A stretch of DNA of 64,000 bases from Thermoproteota archaeon (GTDB lineage: Archaea > Thermoproteota > Methanomethylicia > Methanomethylicales > Methanomethylicaceae), in contig JARXPF010000001.1 in assembly GCA_029887765.1 (NCBI GenBank), positions 352,750 through 416,749 of the forward strand. The letters run 5' to 3'. A model generated the notes under the pieces. The model did not search any database, was not told where the DNA came from, and was given only the letters and a program-made list of their open reading frames with translations. Position numbers and translations under genes: made by a program. The stretch's first letter is position 1, and the number at the start of each line of letters is the position of its first letter. Below, piece after piece: positions 31,029 through 41,642 of this stretch.

Positions 31029-31619
31029 TCACTCCTTTAATATTGTATTTTTTACATTTTCAAAGTGTTCAATTAAATTTTCAGGAGCTAGACCTATTTT
31101 TAAATAATTTGAAAACTGAGCTTGATATTTACTTGGATTTTCCTTCTTTAGAAGTTCTGCATATTCAACAATATGTTTACCTTTTATACGATCTTCATCT
31201 GGTAAAATATCTTCACTATGTGGTATTTCCATACCTGCATCTAAAGCCCCTTTTAGAGCAGCAAATAATCTACTACCTTTAGTTATAGAATACAATCCTA
31301 AATCTAGTATTGCATTATTATAACCTCTCTTCAATGCCCTTTTTCCAAGTAGAAGTCCTGCTAAATAAGCAGCAGGAAGATTTCCAGTTCCACCTTTCCA
31401 TCCATATTTAGATAATTCTTTTGTATTAGCTTGTACTAAAACTCTATCACCATTAACTTTTGCTTCTATTAATTGAAGATAGAGATGCTTTAACGATTTT
31501 CTAATTACTAATCTAAGTTTTTTACTACTAACTAACTTCTTTCTGAGACGATAATCAGTTTTTCCCTCTCTTCTTCTTCTATAAGGAACTCTATATGTAC
31601 ATGATTTTGCCATTATCAT
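31029..31619 (-). CDS. rpl18: 50S ribosomal protein L18 (uL18)
   Basis: RRRREGKTDY..R, NLPAAYLAG, A.LD.G, GALDAG. Confidence 0.97.
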   Translation of the reverse strand: MIMAKSCTYRVPYRRRREGKTDYRLRKKLVSSKKLRLVIRKSLKHLYLQLIEAKVNGDRVLVQANTKELSKYGWKGGTGNLPAAYLAGLLLGKRALKRGYNNAILDLGLYSITKGSRLFAALKGALDAGMEIPHSEDILPDEDRIKGKHIVEYAELLKKENPSKYQAQFSNYLKIGLAPENLIEHFENVKNTILKE

Positions 31620-32050
31620 CTCCTCGCAAGTCCATGTTCTTCTATATATGTCTTGAGCTGTCTTCTATCATGGAATATCCCACTCTTAACTTTTATATAG
31701 AGCATGCGATATACTTTTGGTGTAATAATTTTTTTCTTTTTTAATAAACGTAAAAATGATCTCATAGCTCTAACTCTATATATCCAATCATCTGATTCAA
31801 CAGGACCTTTTCTACTACCAGGACCTTTTCTCAAGCCTTTCTTCTTTTGCTCTCTTATTTTTCGCCATCTACCTCTACTTATACCAATTTCAGGTCTAGC
31901 TTTAATAATTCCATCCTCAATAAATTTTCTTATTTCCTCTCTAGTAATTGCAGCACTCACTTCACTTATTTTACTTGGATCTATCCAAATTCTATTTTCT
32001 CCTACACCTAATACTTCAGCAGCTAATCTTCTCTGTACTTTTAAATTCAT
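31616..32050 (-). CDS. rpl19e: 50S ribosomal protein L19e
   Basis: QRRLAA, RIWIDP, AITREEIR, GPGSRKG. Confidence 0.96.
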   Translation of the reverse strand: MNLKVQRRLAAEVLGVGENRIWIDPSKISEVSAAITREEIRKFIEDGIIKARPEIGISRGRWRKIREQKKKGLRKGPGSRKGPVESDDWIYRVRAMRSFLRLLKKKKIITPKVYRMLYIKVKSGIFHDRRQLKTYIEEHGLARR

Positions 32051-32469
32051 TTTTGACCCTCCAATTGCTTTAATAAAGCTCTATCCTCACTAGTAACATT
32101 AACTACTTTAAGATTAAGAGATTGAGCTTTTTTAATTATTTCAATACGTTTCTTTTTTCCAACACTTGATGCAATTCTTACAACATATAAAGAGGAGTCT
32201 AAACCTTCTAATTCCTTTATATTATGAACTAAAATTTCTTTTTTACCACATGGATGAAAGCCTCTAACAAGTCTAGGTCCTCTATATCCTGGTTCAACAA
32301 TTGCAGGCCTGCCTGCTTTCTTTAAGCGCATTTTCGATCTAGGACCTTTTGGTGCTCTCCATTTTTCACCTAATCTCGAAAATCTATGAGCATCTTGTCT
32401 TATGAAATCAGGTCTTTTTTGTGAAATTTTTTCTCTAAGTTCTAAGGCCTTTAAAATATTAGAGTCCAT
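32047..32469 (-). CDS. rpl32e: 50S ribosomal protein L32e
   Basis: P.FIRQD, WRAPKG..SKMR, GY..P..VRG.HP.G. Confidence 0.96.
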   Translation of the reverse strand: MDSNILKALELREKISQKRPDFIRQDAHRFSRLGEKWRAPKGPRSKMRLKKAGRPAIVEPGYRGPRLVRGFHPCGKKEILVHNIKELEGLDSSLYVVRIASSVGKKKRIEIIKKAQSLNLKVVNVTSEDRALLKQLEGQK

Positions 32470-32474
32470 TCAAT

Positions 32475-33002
32475 TCACCTCTTTTCTACAAGATATATTC
32501 CATCTTGAAATACTCTAGGATCCATTCCTTTTATATGAGTAGCTAAGTGAATATTTGCTGCAGTTTGCCCAACTTCATCTTTATCAATGCCTTCTACAAT
32601 TACTTCATCTCCACTTACACTTACTTTAACATTACCAACAATTTTTGCTATTCTTTTACATCTTTCACCCATAAAATTCTCTATGTGAACTTCTTTTCCA
32701 ACAACTTTAACATTTATAGGGAAGTGGGCATATGCAATTTTCATTCGATAAACATGCCCTTCCTTAACACCCTTTATCATATTCTTTATATGGGCTGATA
32801 TAGTACCAACAATTGCTTTTGGCCTTCTTCCTCTTCCAAAGGACTTTACTACTATTTTATTATTAATAAATTCAATATTTACATTTGCATGTGAGAAATC
32901 CTTAGTCACACTACCCTTTGGCCCAGATATAGCAATTGTGCTTCCATTTATTTTTACATCAACATCTTCAGGAACAGGTATAATGATAGAACTTTCAATC
33001 AT
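32475..33002 (-). CDS. rpl6: 50S ribosomal protein L6
   Basis: GPKG, HIKNMIKGV, YAHFP, NFMGE, DPRVFQDGIY. Confidence 0.97.
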   Translation of the reverse strand: MIESSIIIPVPEDVDVKINGSTIAISGPKGSVTKDFSHANVNIEFINNKIVVKSFGRGRRPKAIVGTISAHIKNMIKGVKEGHVYRMKIAYAHFPINVKVVGKEVHIENFMGERCKRIAKIVGNVKVSVSGDEVIVEGIDKDEVGQTAANIHLATHIKGMDPRVFQDGIYLVEKR

Positions 33003-33013
33003 TATTTATCACC

Positions 33014-33409
33014 TTAATATACATAAGCTAATAATTGTCCACCTATCTTATTTACTAAAGCTTCTTTATGAGTCATTAATCCTTTTGATGTAGTTAATAT
33101 TAATATTCCTAAATCTTTTCCAGGAAGAAGTTTCTGAATCCATTTATCTATTTCTTTATAAGATACACTAAACCTTGGCTTAATAACTCCACATTTATTT
33201 ATTCTTCCCAAAAGTTGAATTCTAAATTTACCAAACCTTCCATCATCAATAAATTCAAATTCACCAATATAACCATGCTTTTGTAATAATCTAAGAACAT
33301 TAGCAACTAACTTAGGTGCAGGAGATACTATACACTCTTTTTTACCCCTTTCTTCATTATTCATTATTGTTGATAATGCATTTGCTAATGGATCCAACAT
33401 TTTAATCAC
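33014..33409 (-). CDS. rps8: 30S ribosomal protein S8
   Basis: [33 protein letters not shown]. Confidence 0.97.
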   Translation of the reverse strand: MIKMLDPLANALSTIMNNEERGKKECIVSPAPKLVANVLRLLQKHGYIGEFEFIDDGRFGKFRIQLLGRINKCGVIKPRFSVSYKEIDKWIQKLLPGKDLGILILTTSKGLMTHKEALVNKIGGQLLAYVY

Positions 33410-33543
33410 CTATATTTATTGAAACCTAGAGTTCTTGCTACTTCTCTAAAACATTGTCTACATAAATAAAGTCCATATTTTTTAACCAATGAACATCCTC
33501 TAGAGCCACAACGTCTACATACATTTTCAGATTTTTGTGACAT
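33406..33543 (-). CDS. rps14: 30S ribosomal protein S14 (uS14, zinc-binding); not in ORF track
   Basis: Manual translation [45 protein letters not shown] (45 aa) between rpl5 and rps8. Confidence 0.95.
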   Translation of the reverse strand: MSQKSENVCRRCGSRGCSLVKKYGLYLCRQCFREVARTLGFNKYR

Positions 33544-33545
33544 AA

Positions 33546-34082
33546 TTATCTCCCTCTTTCAATACTTACACCAAGCTTTTCTTTAAAGAAAGCAATAGCC
33601 TCCTCTTTAGTAATTCTATGTTTTTTTCCTATTTTTGAACGTTTATATTTTCTTACAGCAACCCTATATCCTGGACGTTCTAAAACTATACAAATATTCA
33701 TTCCAAATATTCCAAGTGTTGGATCATATTTAACTCCTGGAATATTTATATGTTCAGAAATTCCAAAAGAAACATTACCATAATCATCAAAACATGACTC
33801 TGGAAGTTTATATTTTTTCACTTCCAATACTCGCTTAAGAAAAGATTCTATTTTTTCTTTTCTTAATGTAACCTTACATCCAATATTTTCTCCTTTTCTT
33901 ATACCAAAATCTCTTATTGTACGTTTTGCTCGAGTAGGACATGGTTTTTGTTCTGTTAATAATTCTAAAACTTTCATAGCTTTTTCTAAACGTTCTCCAC
34001 TTTCTCCCACACCTATATTTACAACTACTTTTCCAATTCTTATTTCTCTCATAGGATTTTGTTGTAAAGTTTCAAGAGACAT
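33546..34082 (-). CDS. rpl5: 50S ribosomal protein L5
   Basis: NPM...[31 protein letters not shown]. Confidence 0.97.
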   Translation of the reverse strand: MSLETLQQNPMREIRIGKVVVNIGVGESGERLEKAMKVLELLTEQKPCPTRAKRTIRDFGIRKGENIGCKVTLRKEKIESFLKRVLEVKKYKLPESCFDDYGNVSFGISEHINIPGVKYDPTLGIFGMNICIVLERPGYRVAVRKYKRSKIGKKHRITKEEAIAFFKEKLGVSIERGR

Positions 34083-34083
34083 T

Positions 34084-34815
34084 TCAGACTACTCCACTTA
34101 TTACTATGGCTGGACTTTCTTTACCTATTGGAAAAGCATACTTAAGCGTAACGGTTCTCTCATTACCTTCTAAAAGTATTTTTGCTAATTGCATTGGTTT
34201 TCTACTCTTTGGCAATTCTAAAATTTTACCATATTTTCCGATATTTTCTCCTCCAGTAATAACAATTAAAGAATCTTTTTCAAGTGGAATATATTCACAG
34301 ACATCTCCTTCTGGAATTTTTATTTTCATTACATCAAATATTTTATAATTAACATCATGATTGAATGGATCATCTAATTTTACAACATGACAACGCCCAT
34401 CATGAAAGTTTAATTGTATATGTCCACCTTTTACTGTTCTTTTTCCAATAATTCTTACTAATTTAAATGATGCATCTTCAGGTGGTATTTTAATTAATGA
34501 TAAGACTTTAACTGGATGTGGAAGAACTCTATAATATTCATCAGAAGGACGAATATATATAACATCCATTAAACCTACTGGAAACTTATAATCAGTTCTT
34601 ACTTTTCCATCAACCATTATTTTTCTTTCAGATAGTATTTTCTTAACTTCAGATAGAGTAAGAGCATATTTCAACATATCTCTTAAAATTATTCCTAATG
34701 GAATACAAAATGATATTGGATGTGGACCAGGACGAGGTCTTATTGTAAATTCTTTTTCTTTAATATTTATATGCCAAAATCTTGGTGCTGGATAAGTTTT
34801 TAAATGTTTTTTCAA
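34084..34815 (-). CDS. rps4e: 30S ribosomal protein S4e
   Basis: HLK...AP..W, PGPH, VDGKVRTD..FPVGLMDV, TGG.N.G. Confidence 0.97.
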   Translation of the reverse strand: MKKHLKTYPAPRFWHINIKEKEFTIRPRPGPHPISFCIPLGIILRDMLKYALTLSEVKKILSERKIMVDGKVRTDYKFPVGLMDVIYIRPSDEYYRVLPHPVKVLSLIKIPPEDASFKLVRIIGKRTVKGGHIQLNFHDGRCHVVKLDDPFNHDVNYKIFDVMKIKIPEGDVCEYIPLEKDSLIVITGGENIGKYGKILELPKSRKPMQLAKILLEGNERTVTLKYAFPIGKESPAIVISGVV

Positions 34816-35126
34816 GCTTCTTCACCTCTTTTAGATTCAAATTTTTCTTTTCTCTTTTTATCAGTGAGATCTAATTTAGTTATCATAACTTTAGATGGAT
34901 GAATTAAAACAGGTCTTAAGGAACCGTCAGCTTTCTTTATATTTATACCTTCAATAGTTATTCTATTCTTAGAATAATTAACTGAGGTTACTTTACCTTC
35001 ATGTCCTTTATAATCCCCTCTCATTACTAATACAGTATCTCCTTTTCTAACAGTAGCACTTCTAAATCCATATTTTTCTCTTAATTCTTTAGACAAAGGA
35101 GCGCGTATTAATTTCTTAAGATTCAT
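34812..35126 (-). CDS. rpl24: 50S ribosomal protein L24 (uL24)
   Basis: LSKELREKYG, KOW motif RKGDTV.V.RG, IHPSKVMITKL. Confidence 0.95.
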   Translation of the reverse strand: MNLKKLIRAPLSKELREKYGFRSATVRKGDTVLVMRGDYKGHEGKVTSVNYSKNRITIEGINIKKADGSLRPVLIHPSKVMITKLDLTDKKRKEKFESKRGEEA

Positions 35127-35137
35127 AATAAATCACC

Positions 35138-35575
35138 TCAAACTACCATAGATGCAAGTGCAGCAACCCTTGGCCATCTTTCTGCAGCCTCTTTTGCAAC
35201 AGGTCCTCTAATTTCAGTACCTTTACATTCTCCATCCTCAGTAACTATTACAGCTGCATTATCTTCAAATTGAACCCAAGATCCATCCATTCTTCTAAAT
35301 GGTTTTCTTTGTCTTATTATTACTGCATGAAAAATTTGATGTCTAACTTCAGGAGTCCCTTCTTTAACTGCAACAATAACTTTATCACCAACACAAGCAG
35401 AAACTAGTCTTCTTAATCTACCTTTTAATTTAGGTATTCCAATAATTTGAACAATCTTTGCTCCACTATTATCAGCACAATTTAAATATGCACCTATTGG
35501 AAGACCAGCACTCAATCCAGGTCTATAGGTAATCCCTTTTCCTAAACCCTTTCCTCTCTTAGCCATAAAAACCAC
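35138..35575 (-). CDS. rpl14: 50S ribosomal protein L14
   Basis: [31 protein letters not shown]. Confidence 0.97.
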   Translation of the reverse strand: MVFMAKRGKGLGKGITYRPGLSAGLPIGAYLNCADNSGAKIVQIIGIPKLKGRLRRLVSACVGDKVIVAVKEGTPEVRHQIFHAVIIRQRKPFRRMDGSWVQFEDNAAVIVTEDGECKGTEIRGPVAKEAAERWPRVAALASMVV

Positions 35576-35885
35576 CTACTTTTTTTCCAATTACAACAAA
35601 TGAAACTGTTTTACTAAGTGGACGACATTCAGCTATTTTTACAATATCTCCTTTAGTAGCATTTATACAAGGCGGATTATGTGCATGTATTTTTGATCTA
35701 CATCTTGCATATCTCTTATACTTAGGATAATAACGTAAATAATCTACTTGTACTACAACAGTTTTTTGCATTTTATCACTTACAACTTTTCCAGTTAATA
35801 TTTTACCTCTAATTGAGAGATTACCATGAAATGGACATTTTTTATCAGAACATGAAATTTTAGGTTTTTCAATAACCATAAACAT
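35559..35885 (-). CDS. rps17: 30S ribosomal protein S17
   Basis: [33 protein letters not shown]. Confidence 0.97.
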   Translation of the reverse strand: MFMVIEKPKISCSDKKCPFHGNLSIRGKILTGKVVSDKMQKTVVVQVDYLRYYPKYKRYARCRSKIHAHNPPCINATKGDIVKIAECRPLSKTVSFVVIGKKVGGFYG

Positions 35886-35886
35886 C

Positions 35887-36162
35887 TCAATTCCTCCTTT
35901 TAATTCTCTTTAATCTCTCAGCAGGATTATATGCAATTTTTTCCCCTTCAATAACCACAGGCTTGGGTATAAAAAATGTAAAAGTACAATTCTTCTTTGG
36001 TATTTTTTTAATTTTACCATTTGTCAGAATAATGAGCATATTTTTAGTTTCATCTATTACAATTCCTTTAATACCTATTTGAGTAGGATCAGTAGAGTGA
36101 CTTACTTCTACATTAAGACCTACAAGATTATGATAAATTAGATTAGATGCTGTAAGATTCAT
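35887..36162 (-). CDS. rnp1: RNase P protein Rpp29/Pop4
   Basis: H.LVGL, G..GIVIDET.N, IPK....F, P.ERLK. Confidence 0.93.
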   Translation of the reverse strand: MNLTASNLIYHNLVGLNVEVSHSTDPTQIGIKGIVIDETKNMLIILTNGKIKKIPKKNCTFTFFIPKPVVIEGEKIAYNPAERLKRIKRRN

Positions 36163-36404
36163 TTAGTTTTTTCCTCCTCCACTTTTCTTTTTATTCCAAG
36201 CTCCTCTTCTCTATTTATAGTTAATATTCTTGCAATTGTTTTTCTAATCAATCTAATTCTTGAAGGATTCTCAAGAGAACCTCCTGTAGCTTGTAATGCT
36301 CTAAGTTTTGCTAATTCTGCTCTAAGTTCTTCCAATTTCTTCATTCTTTCGTCTTTTGTCATTTTTCTAATCTCATTGGTTCGTAGTAGTGCCAATTGTC
36401 TCAC
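36159..36404 (-). CDS. rpl29: 50S ribosomal protein L29
   Basis: EIRKM..ER..KL.EL..EL, NP.RIR.IRKTIARILT. Confidence 0.95.
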   Translation of the reverse strand: MRQLALLRTNEIRKMTKDERMKKLEELRAELAKLRALQATGGSLENPSRIRLIRKTIARILTINREEELGIKRKVEEEKTK

Positions 36405-37002
36405 CTTGTTGAGGTTTTACTATGGATATATCATCTACGGTATTAACTGGTAGGAATATACTAACTTTTATTCCATAAACACCTGGCTTAAGTAATACAT
36501 GGGTTACTGCTCTATCTACAGCGTATTTACTAGGCTCACCGGCTTTTAGTATTACACCAGCTCTAAATTTTTCATATCTTGCTCTTTCACTAACTAATTT
36601 TCCACGAATTACGATTTCTGCGCCCCTTGCACCAGCTTCCATAATTTGTCTTAATGCTACAAATGCTGCTCTTCTAAAATGTATTCCTTTTTCTAATGCC
36701 ATAGCAATTCTATTTGCCATTATTCTCGCATTTAATTCTGGGGTTTGAACTGGTACAACTGCAATTTGTGGATTTTCAAATCCAAACTTCATTTCTAAAA
36801 TTCGAGCTAGTTCTTTTATTGTTACTCCTTGTCTACCTATTACTAATCCAGGTCTTTCAGCATATATTACTACTCTATCACCTAATGGAGTTTTTTGAAA
36901 TTCAACTCCTGCATATCCTGCTCTTTTCAATTCTTTTTGAAGATAATCATCGATAAGCATATTTTTTATAGCTTTATTTATGAAAAATTTTACAACACTC
37001 AT
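36373..37002 (-). CDS. rps3: 30S ribosomal protein S3
   Basis: AGYAG, RPGLVIGRQG, FRRAAF, GARGAEIVI.GKL. Confidence 0.97.
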   Translation of the reverse strand: MSVVKFFINKAIKNMLIDDYLQKELKRAGYAGVEFQKTPLGDRVVIYAERPGLVIGRQGVTIKELARILEMKFGFENPQIAVVPVQTPELNARIMANRIAMALEKGIHFRRAAFVALRQIMEAGARGAEIVIRGKLVSERARYEKFRAGVILKAGEPSKYAVDRAVTHVLLKPGVYGIKVSIFLPVNTVDDISIVKPQQGETIGTTTNQ

Positions 37003-37490
37003 CTACTCACCTCTTCAACAACAACTTCAATATGTGTTAATGGATGAAAGAAAGGAGTTGCTCTACCAAATGCTCTAGGAATATAACTTTTAATAACACT
37101 ACCTTTTTGAGCACAAATATGGGATATCCTAAGATTTTCAATATTTAAACCTTTATTTTCAGCATTAGCTCTTGCATTTTCTAAAACCTTAAGAATTTCT
37201 TTACAAGCTTTTACAGGATATCTACCTGATGGAATACCAAATCTTTCTCCTAAACCAGCCTTATGTGCAATTTTCTTTTTATAACGTCTATATGGAATTG
37301 CTTCTTTTTTAGAAATAACTCTCTTTAAATACTCTATTGCATCTTCTAAAAACATATATCTTATAGCATTACAAACTTCTGTAGCTTCTTTTGGTGAAAT
37401 TCGAAGATCTCTACCACTAGCTCTAACCATTCTATCAGGATCATACTTATGTGATGAATAGCCCCATGTGGGCACCTTTACCACTTCCAA
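36999..37490 (-). CDS. rpl22: 50S ribosomal protein L22
   Basis: LRISPK, GRYPVKA, NA..NAE.KG, PRAFGRA, THIEVV. Confidence 0.97.
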   Translation of the reverse strand: MEVVKVPTWGYSSHKYDPDRMVRASGRDLRISPKEATEVCNAIRYMFLEDAIEYLKRVISKKEAIPYRRYKKKIAHKAGLGERFGIPSGRYPVKACKEILKVLENARANAENKGLNIENLRISHICAQKGSVIKSYIPRAFGRATPFFHPLTHIEVVVEEVSR

Positions 37491-37560
37491 ATTATCATCA
37501 TGCGTAGGTTAAAAACTTTTAAGAGATATAAAAAGTTTTTTACAATAAAGAAAATTAGAA

Positions 37561-38004
37561 TTACTTAAGAGGAACAAACATTGAACTTCTTGTTGCTTTC
37601 AAACCTGGAGCACCATGTACGACTTTAGCTGTAGTGATAGCAAATTCTCCAAGATAGTGACCAATCATTTCAGGAGTTATCTCTATAGGAACAAATTCTT
37701 TTCCATTATGTACACATATAGTTAAACCTACCATTTCAGGAAGTATTATCATGTCTCTACAATGTGTTCTTATAATAATTTTCTTTCCTTTTGCTAACAT
37801 AGCTTTAGCTTTTCTTATTTTTTTAAATAAAGTTCTTTGTTCAGGTGTTAATCCTCTTAAGAGCGATCTTCTTTGTCTACTTGGAAGTAATTTTATGAAT
37901 TCATCCATTGGCATATTTAATAATTGAGGTAAAGTATAACCTCTATAGGTAAATTCCTTAGACATGTTATCACCTCTTCTTTCTACCAGTTCTCTTAGAT
38001 GCAA
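37561..38004 (-). CDS. rps19: 30S ribosomal protein S19 (start probably at the internal MSKEF)
   Basis: [33 protein letters not shown]. Confidence 0.97.
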   Translation of the reverse strand: MHLRELVERRGDNMSKEFTYRGYTLPQLLNMPMDEFIKLLPSRQRRSLLRGLTPEQRTLFKKIRKAKAMLAKGKKIIIRTHCRDMIILPEMVGLTICVHNGKEFVPIEITPEMIGHYLGEFAITTAKVVHGAPGLKATRSSMFVPLK

Positions 38005-38695
38005 TTATACCAACTTTTTGTCCTGGTGGGGCATTTCTTGCAACTGGAGTGCCTCCTTTTGGATGACTCCCTCCACCATGTGGATGTGAACATGGATTCA
38101 TAGCTTTTCCTCTAACAGTTGGATACTTTATAGATTTTGCTCTACTTTTATGATAATTTGCACCTGCTTTTAATAATGGTTTTTCAATAATTCCTCCTGA
38201 AGCAACTATACCGATTGTTGCTCTACATAAACTATTAAAAGATTTTACCTTACCAGATGGAAGTTGTACGAGAACAGAATTACCTGAATGTGTAATTACA
38301 GTAGCATAAGTTCCAGCAGATCTTACAAATTTTCCACCATCTCCAGGACTACTTTCGATATTACATATCTGAGTACCATCAGGAATATCTCTTAATGGTA
38401 AAATATTACCAACATTAATTGGAGCATTAGGACCTACATAAATTTTCTGACCTACAAACAATCCTTCAGGTGCAACCATAAGGGCTTTTTTCCCTTTATT
38501 ATCACTAATTATAGCAATAGGCGCCCCTCTTCCAGAATCATGTACTATATCTTTTACTATATATTCACTAATGGATTCTCCTTCATATAAAGGAGGATAT
38601 TTAACATCTCCAACCCTCTTCCAAGATGGGGACTTAAATACTGATCCTCCTCGTCCTCTTCTTTGGACTAACAATCGCTTTCCCATTTTTTCCAC
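37970..38695 (-). CDS. rpl2: 50S ribosomal protein L2
   Basis: [36 protein letters not shown]. Confidence 0.97.
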   Translation of the reverse strand: MEKMGKRLLVQRRGRGGSVFKSPSWKRVGDVKYPPLYEGESISEYIVKDIVHDSGRGAPIAIISDNKGKKALMVAPEGLFVGQKIYVGPNAPINVGNILPLRDIPDGTQICNIESSPGDGGKFVRSAGTYATVITHSGNSVLVQLPSGKVKSFNSLCRATIGIVASGGIIEKPLLKAGANYHKSRAKSIKYPTVRGKAMNPCSHPHGGGSHPKGGTPVARNAPPGQKVGIIASKRTGRKKR

Positions 38696-38696
38696 C

Positions 38697-38975
38697 TTAT
38701 AATAAACCTATTTTAGTAGCTAATTCTGAAGCACTATATTCCTTCTTAAGTTTTATTATTGCTCTTTTTTCACCATTTGGAGTTATATAAGTATTTACTT
38801 TTTCCACTTTTACACCATATAATTTTTCAAAAGCATCCTTTATCATTTTTTTGTTAGAATTAATATTTACTATGAAGGTTAATTTATTCTCTTTCTCAAT
38901 TCTTTCTATGGCTGATTCTGTTGAAACAGGCCTTATTATTATTTCATGAGGATTCAATAATATCACCTTAACCAA
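38697..38975 (-). CDS. rpl23: 50S ribosomal protein L23
   Basis: P.STE.A, ENKLTFIV, V.KVNT, GEKRA.IKL. Confidence 0.96.
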   Translation of the reverse strand: MVKVILLNPHEIIIRPVSTESAIERIEKENKLTFIVNINSNKKMIKDAFEKLYGVKVEKVNTYITPNGEKRAIIKLKKEYSASELATKIGLL

Positions 38976-39735
38976 AGATTTCTCCTAGTTTTTTTATTGC
39001 AGATTCAGTCCATATAGTAAGCCTTCCTGGATTTCCTCCAGGAGCTAAGAGTTCTACATTTAATAGATTAACTGTAGCAAAATCTACTCCAGGAAAGTTT
39101 CTTAATGCAAGTCTTACAGGAGGATTAAGTTCATCAGTTACAAATAAAATAGATTTCGCTTTTTTCCATCTTCTTCCTCTATATTTGCCTTTTCCTGGAC
39201 GTTCTTTAACCCTTTTCTTAGCTCTAATAACATCTTCTAATAGAGATAAATTGCTTAAGAAAGTTCTAAATTCTTTTGCTTTTTTTAAATTTTTAACTTC
39301 ATCTGATACAACTATTGGTAAAGAAATATTATCCTTAATTTTATGTCCTCTATTAATTACTAATTCTCTAATACGAGTAGCGGCTATGGCAGATTTTAGA
39401 GCAATTCTCCTTTCCTTCTTATTTATTCTTTCATGGATTATTTTTTCTACTTTAGGTGGAAATGCCAATCTGCCACCTACAACATTCGGTACAAAAGCTG
39501 CACGAAGACCTCCTTTTATACGAGGGACTCTAGCTAAATCTAATCCAACACCCAGACTCTCAGCAGTAGTCCTCTTTCCAGCCATTGGATCTCTTCCTTT
39601 TGGTTGAATTCTTGCAGTTATATATGATATTACTGCTCTTCTTATTAAATCAGGTCTAACTTCTTCAAAAAATACATTTGGTAACTTTATTTCTCCTTTA
39701 ATACTACCATCTATAGAATAAATAGGAACTGACAT
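38968..39735 (-). CDS. rpl4: 50S ribosomal protein L4
   Basis: RPDLIRRA, AES.G.G, GGR.AFPP, GKGKYRGR, LAPGG.PGRLT. Confidence 0.97.
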   Translation of the reverse strand: MSVPIYSIDGSIKGEIKLPNVFFEEVRPDLIRRAVISYITARIQPKGRDPMAGKRTTAESLGVGLDLARVPRIKGGLRAAFVPNVVGGRLAFPPKVEKIIHERINKKERRIALKSAIAATRIRELVINRGHKIKDNISLPIVVSDEVKNLKKAKEFRTFLSNLSLLEDVIRAKKRVKERPGKGKYRGRRWKKAKSILFVTDELNPPVRLALRNFPGVDFATVNLLNVELLAPGGNPGRLTIWTESAIKKLGEIFG

Positions 39736-39738
39736 ATT

Positions 39739-40749
39739 TTAAACCCCCTGTTTTGAAGAAAGACTTATTGTAACTATCTTAGGAGGTTGAATTACTGGTT
39801 GTTTAGCTCTAATTGCACATCTAAATCTAATCAATCTTTTTGCTGAACCAGGAATAGAACCTGCTACTATTACGTAATCTCCTCTTACAAGTCCATAATG
39901 TAGAAAACCACCAGCAACATTAATTTCTGAAGGATTATCCCCAACTTTTAAAATTATTTTATTATATTCAGTTCTTTGATGAAAGCCCATTTTTCCAGGA
40001 CGGGGAACAGTAAACATCATACTTGGAGAAGATGGACTTATTGCTCCAACGACTCTATGCCCCTTCCTATGTTTATGCCACTTAGGAAGTATTTTTACAC
40101 CAAATCTTTTAACAGCACCTGCAAAACCCTTTCCTTTTGTAACTGCTATAACATCAACTAACATTCCTTCTTTAAAGAATTCTTTTGCTCTTATTTCTTT
40201 TCCTAAAATACTTTTAGCATATTCGTATATTGCTTTTATATTATCTCCTCCAATTTTAATTTCTAAAATCTCAGGAGTTTTCTTTCCAATACCACTTTTA
40301 TGAGGTTGTGTTAAAGCAAGAATTCTTATGTCAGAAATTTTATCAAGATTTTCTTCTATCTTCTTTTGATTTTCTGAAAAATCTTCATCTTTTGGAATAG
40401 TAAGTACTCTATCAGCATATTTTGGTAGAGGTAATTTTAAGAATTCTCCAAAAGTTTTTAATCCCTTATGAGTTTTAACATAAGCTCTTATACCAAATAT
40501 ATAAATTGGAGGGGTCTCTACTACAGTCACAGCCTTAACAACTTCTCTACCATAAAGTGGACTTTTTGGTTTATTATCAACCATAACAATATGAGTCATT
40601 CCAACTTTATATCCAGCAAATCCTAATAATGTTGGTGCTCCTTTAACTTCTGGCCAATTTCTTATTCTACCAGTAATTCTTCTAGCTCTTACTCTAGGAT
40701 AATACATTAATGAGCCTCTTCTTGGCGCACTTTTCTTTCTATGTCCCAT
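39739..40749 (-). CDS. rpl3: 50S ribosomal protein L3
   Basis: PRRGSL, FAGYKVGMTH, TKGKGF.G.VKR.G, G.MGFHQRTE.NK. Confidence 0.97.
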   Translation of the reverse strand: MGHRKKSAPRRGSLMYYPRVRARRITGRIRNWPEVKGAPTLLGFAGYKVGMTHIVMVDNKPKSPLYGREVVKAVTVVETPPIYIFGIRAYVKTHKGLKTFGEFLKLPLPKYADRVLTIPKDEDFSENQKKIEENLDKISDIRILALTQPHKSGIGKKTPEILEIKIGGDNIKAIYEYAKSILGKEIRAKEFFKEGMLVDVIAVTKGKGFAGAVKRFGVKILPKWHKHRKGHRVVGAISPSSPSMMFTVPRPGKMGFHQRTEYNKIILKVGDNPSEINVAGGFLHYGLVRGDYVIVAGSIPGSAKRLIRFRCAIRAKQPVIQPPKIVTISLSSKQGV

Positions 40750-40808
40750 TTCATTTCCCCTTCGTACTTCGATAGAGTATGAGAACTAAAATATATTTCT
40801 ATCCATCA

Positions 40809-41642
40809 TTAAAAAAGTTCAATAATTGAAATAATTGCTAAAGATATTATTAGAGCTTCTTCTGTCCTTATTGTAACAGTTCCTTGATTTGGAACCATAT
40901 TAACAATTAAATCTGAAATACTATTTATATCAATTGATTCTTTTTTTAAAATTTCATGCAATCCTTCATATGGAGAACCAAATAGAATTGCAATTTTTTT
41001 CCCTAATTTTAAAATATTTTTAATTTTATCAATAACTAAATTTATAGGAGTGCCAAGTCTTGATGTTGAGATAATATGATCATATTTAAAATTTCTTAAA
41101 TGATGACCTAATCCTTTCATATCAATATGAACTTCATAACCCCAATAATATGGAATATCTTCTTTTTTTATAGGAATCCACAAATCTCCTTCTTTTTTCA
41201 TAGATACTCTTTTATTTTGTGGAAGTTGAAAAGGGCAATCTATTGGTTCTTTTAAACCAATATCTACTATTGCCCCCTTATCCCAACTTTTAAGTACAAA
41301 TCCTTCTCTAAACTCTATATCAGAGTCCAAAGTTGGATGATGTGGAGTTCTTAGAGGTGGTATTAAACCAGCATATTTTAAATTTGGAGATATTGGAAAA
41401 ATATAACGTCTTAAATATTGAGGAGTTTCAGCATATTCTAAAAGTTCTTTCATTAATAAAGCATCCTTTTTATTACCATAATTATCAGCATATATTACTA
41501 CTTCATTTACTCTATATATTGAAACTGCTCTTGCAATAATGCCTGTAATTATAGTTTTTTCAATTAACGTATCAACAATCGAGAGAATAGAAGATGGGAT
41601 GCAAATAGTTAAGTTATAATTCCTCTTTGGTGGAAGTGTCAT
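40809..41642 (-). CDS. SPOUT-family RNA methyltransferase (COG2106/DUF171)
   Basis: ICIPSS, IARA...YRV, ETPQYLR, GLIPPL..PHH, FGSP..G, NQGT.TIRTEEA. Confidence 0.92.
   Translation of the reverse strand: MTLPPKRNYNLTICIPSSILSIVDTLIEKTIITGIIARAVSIYRVNEVVIYADNYGNKKDALLMKELLEYAETPQYLRRYIFPISPNLKYAGLIPPLRTPHHPTLDSDIEFREGFVLKSWDKGAIVDIGLKEPIDCPFQLPQNKRVSMKKEGDLWIPIKKEDIPYYWGYEVHIDMKGLGHHLRNFKYDHIISTSRLGTPINLVIDKIKNILKLGKKIAILFGSPYEGLHEILKKESIDINSISDLIVNMVPNQGTVTIRTEEALIISLAIISIIELF

Noticed and set aside
37440-37505. Box-C-like ATGATGA upstream of rpl22
   Set aside because: No D box or terminal stem at the expected distance; overlaps the rpl22 start region
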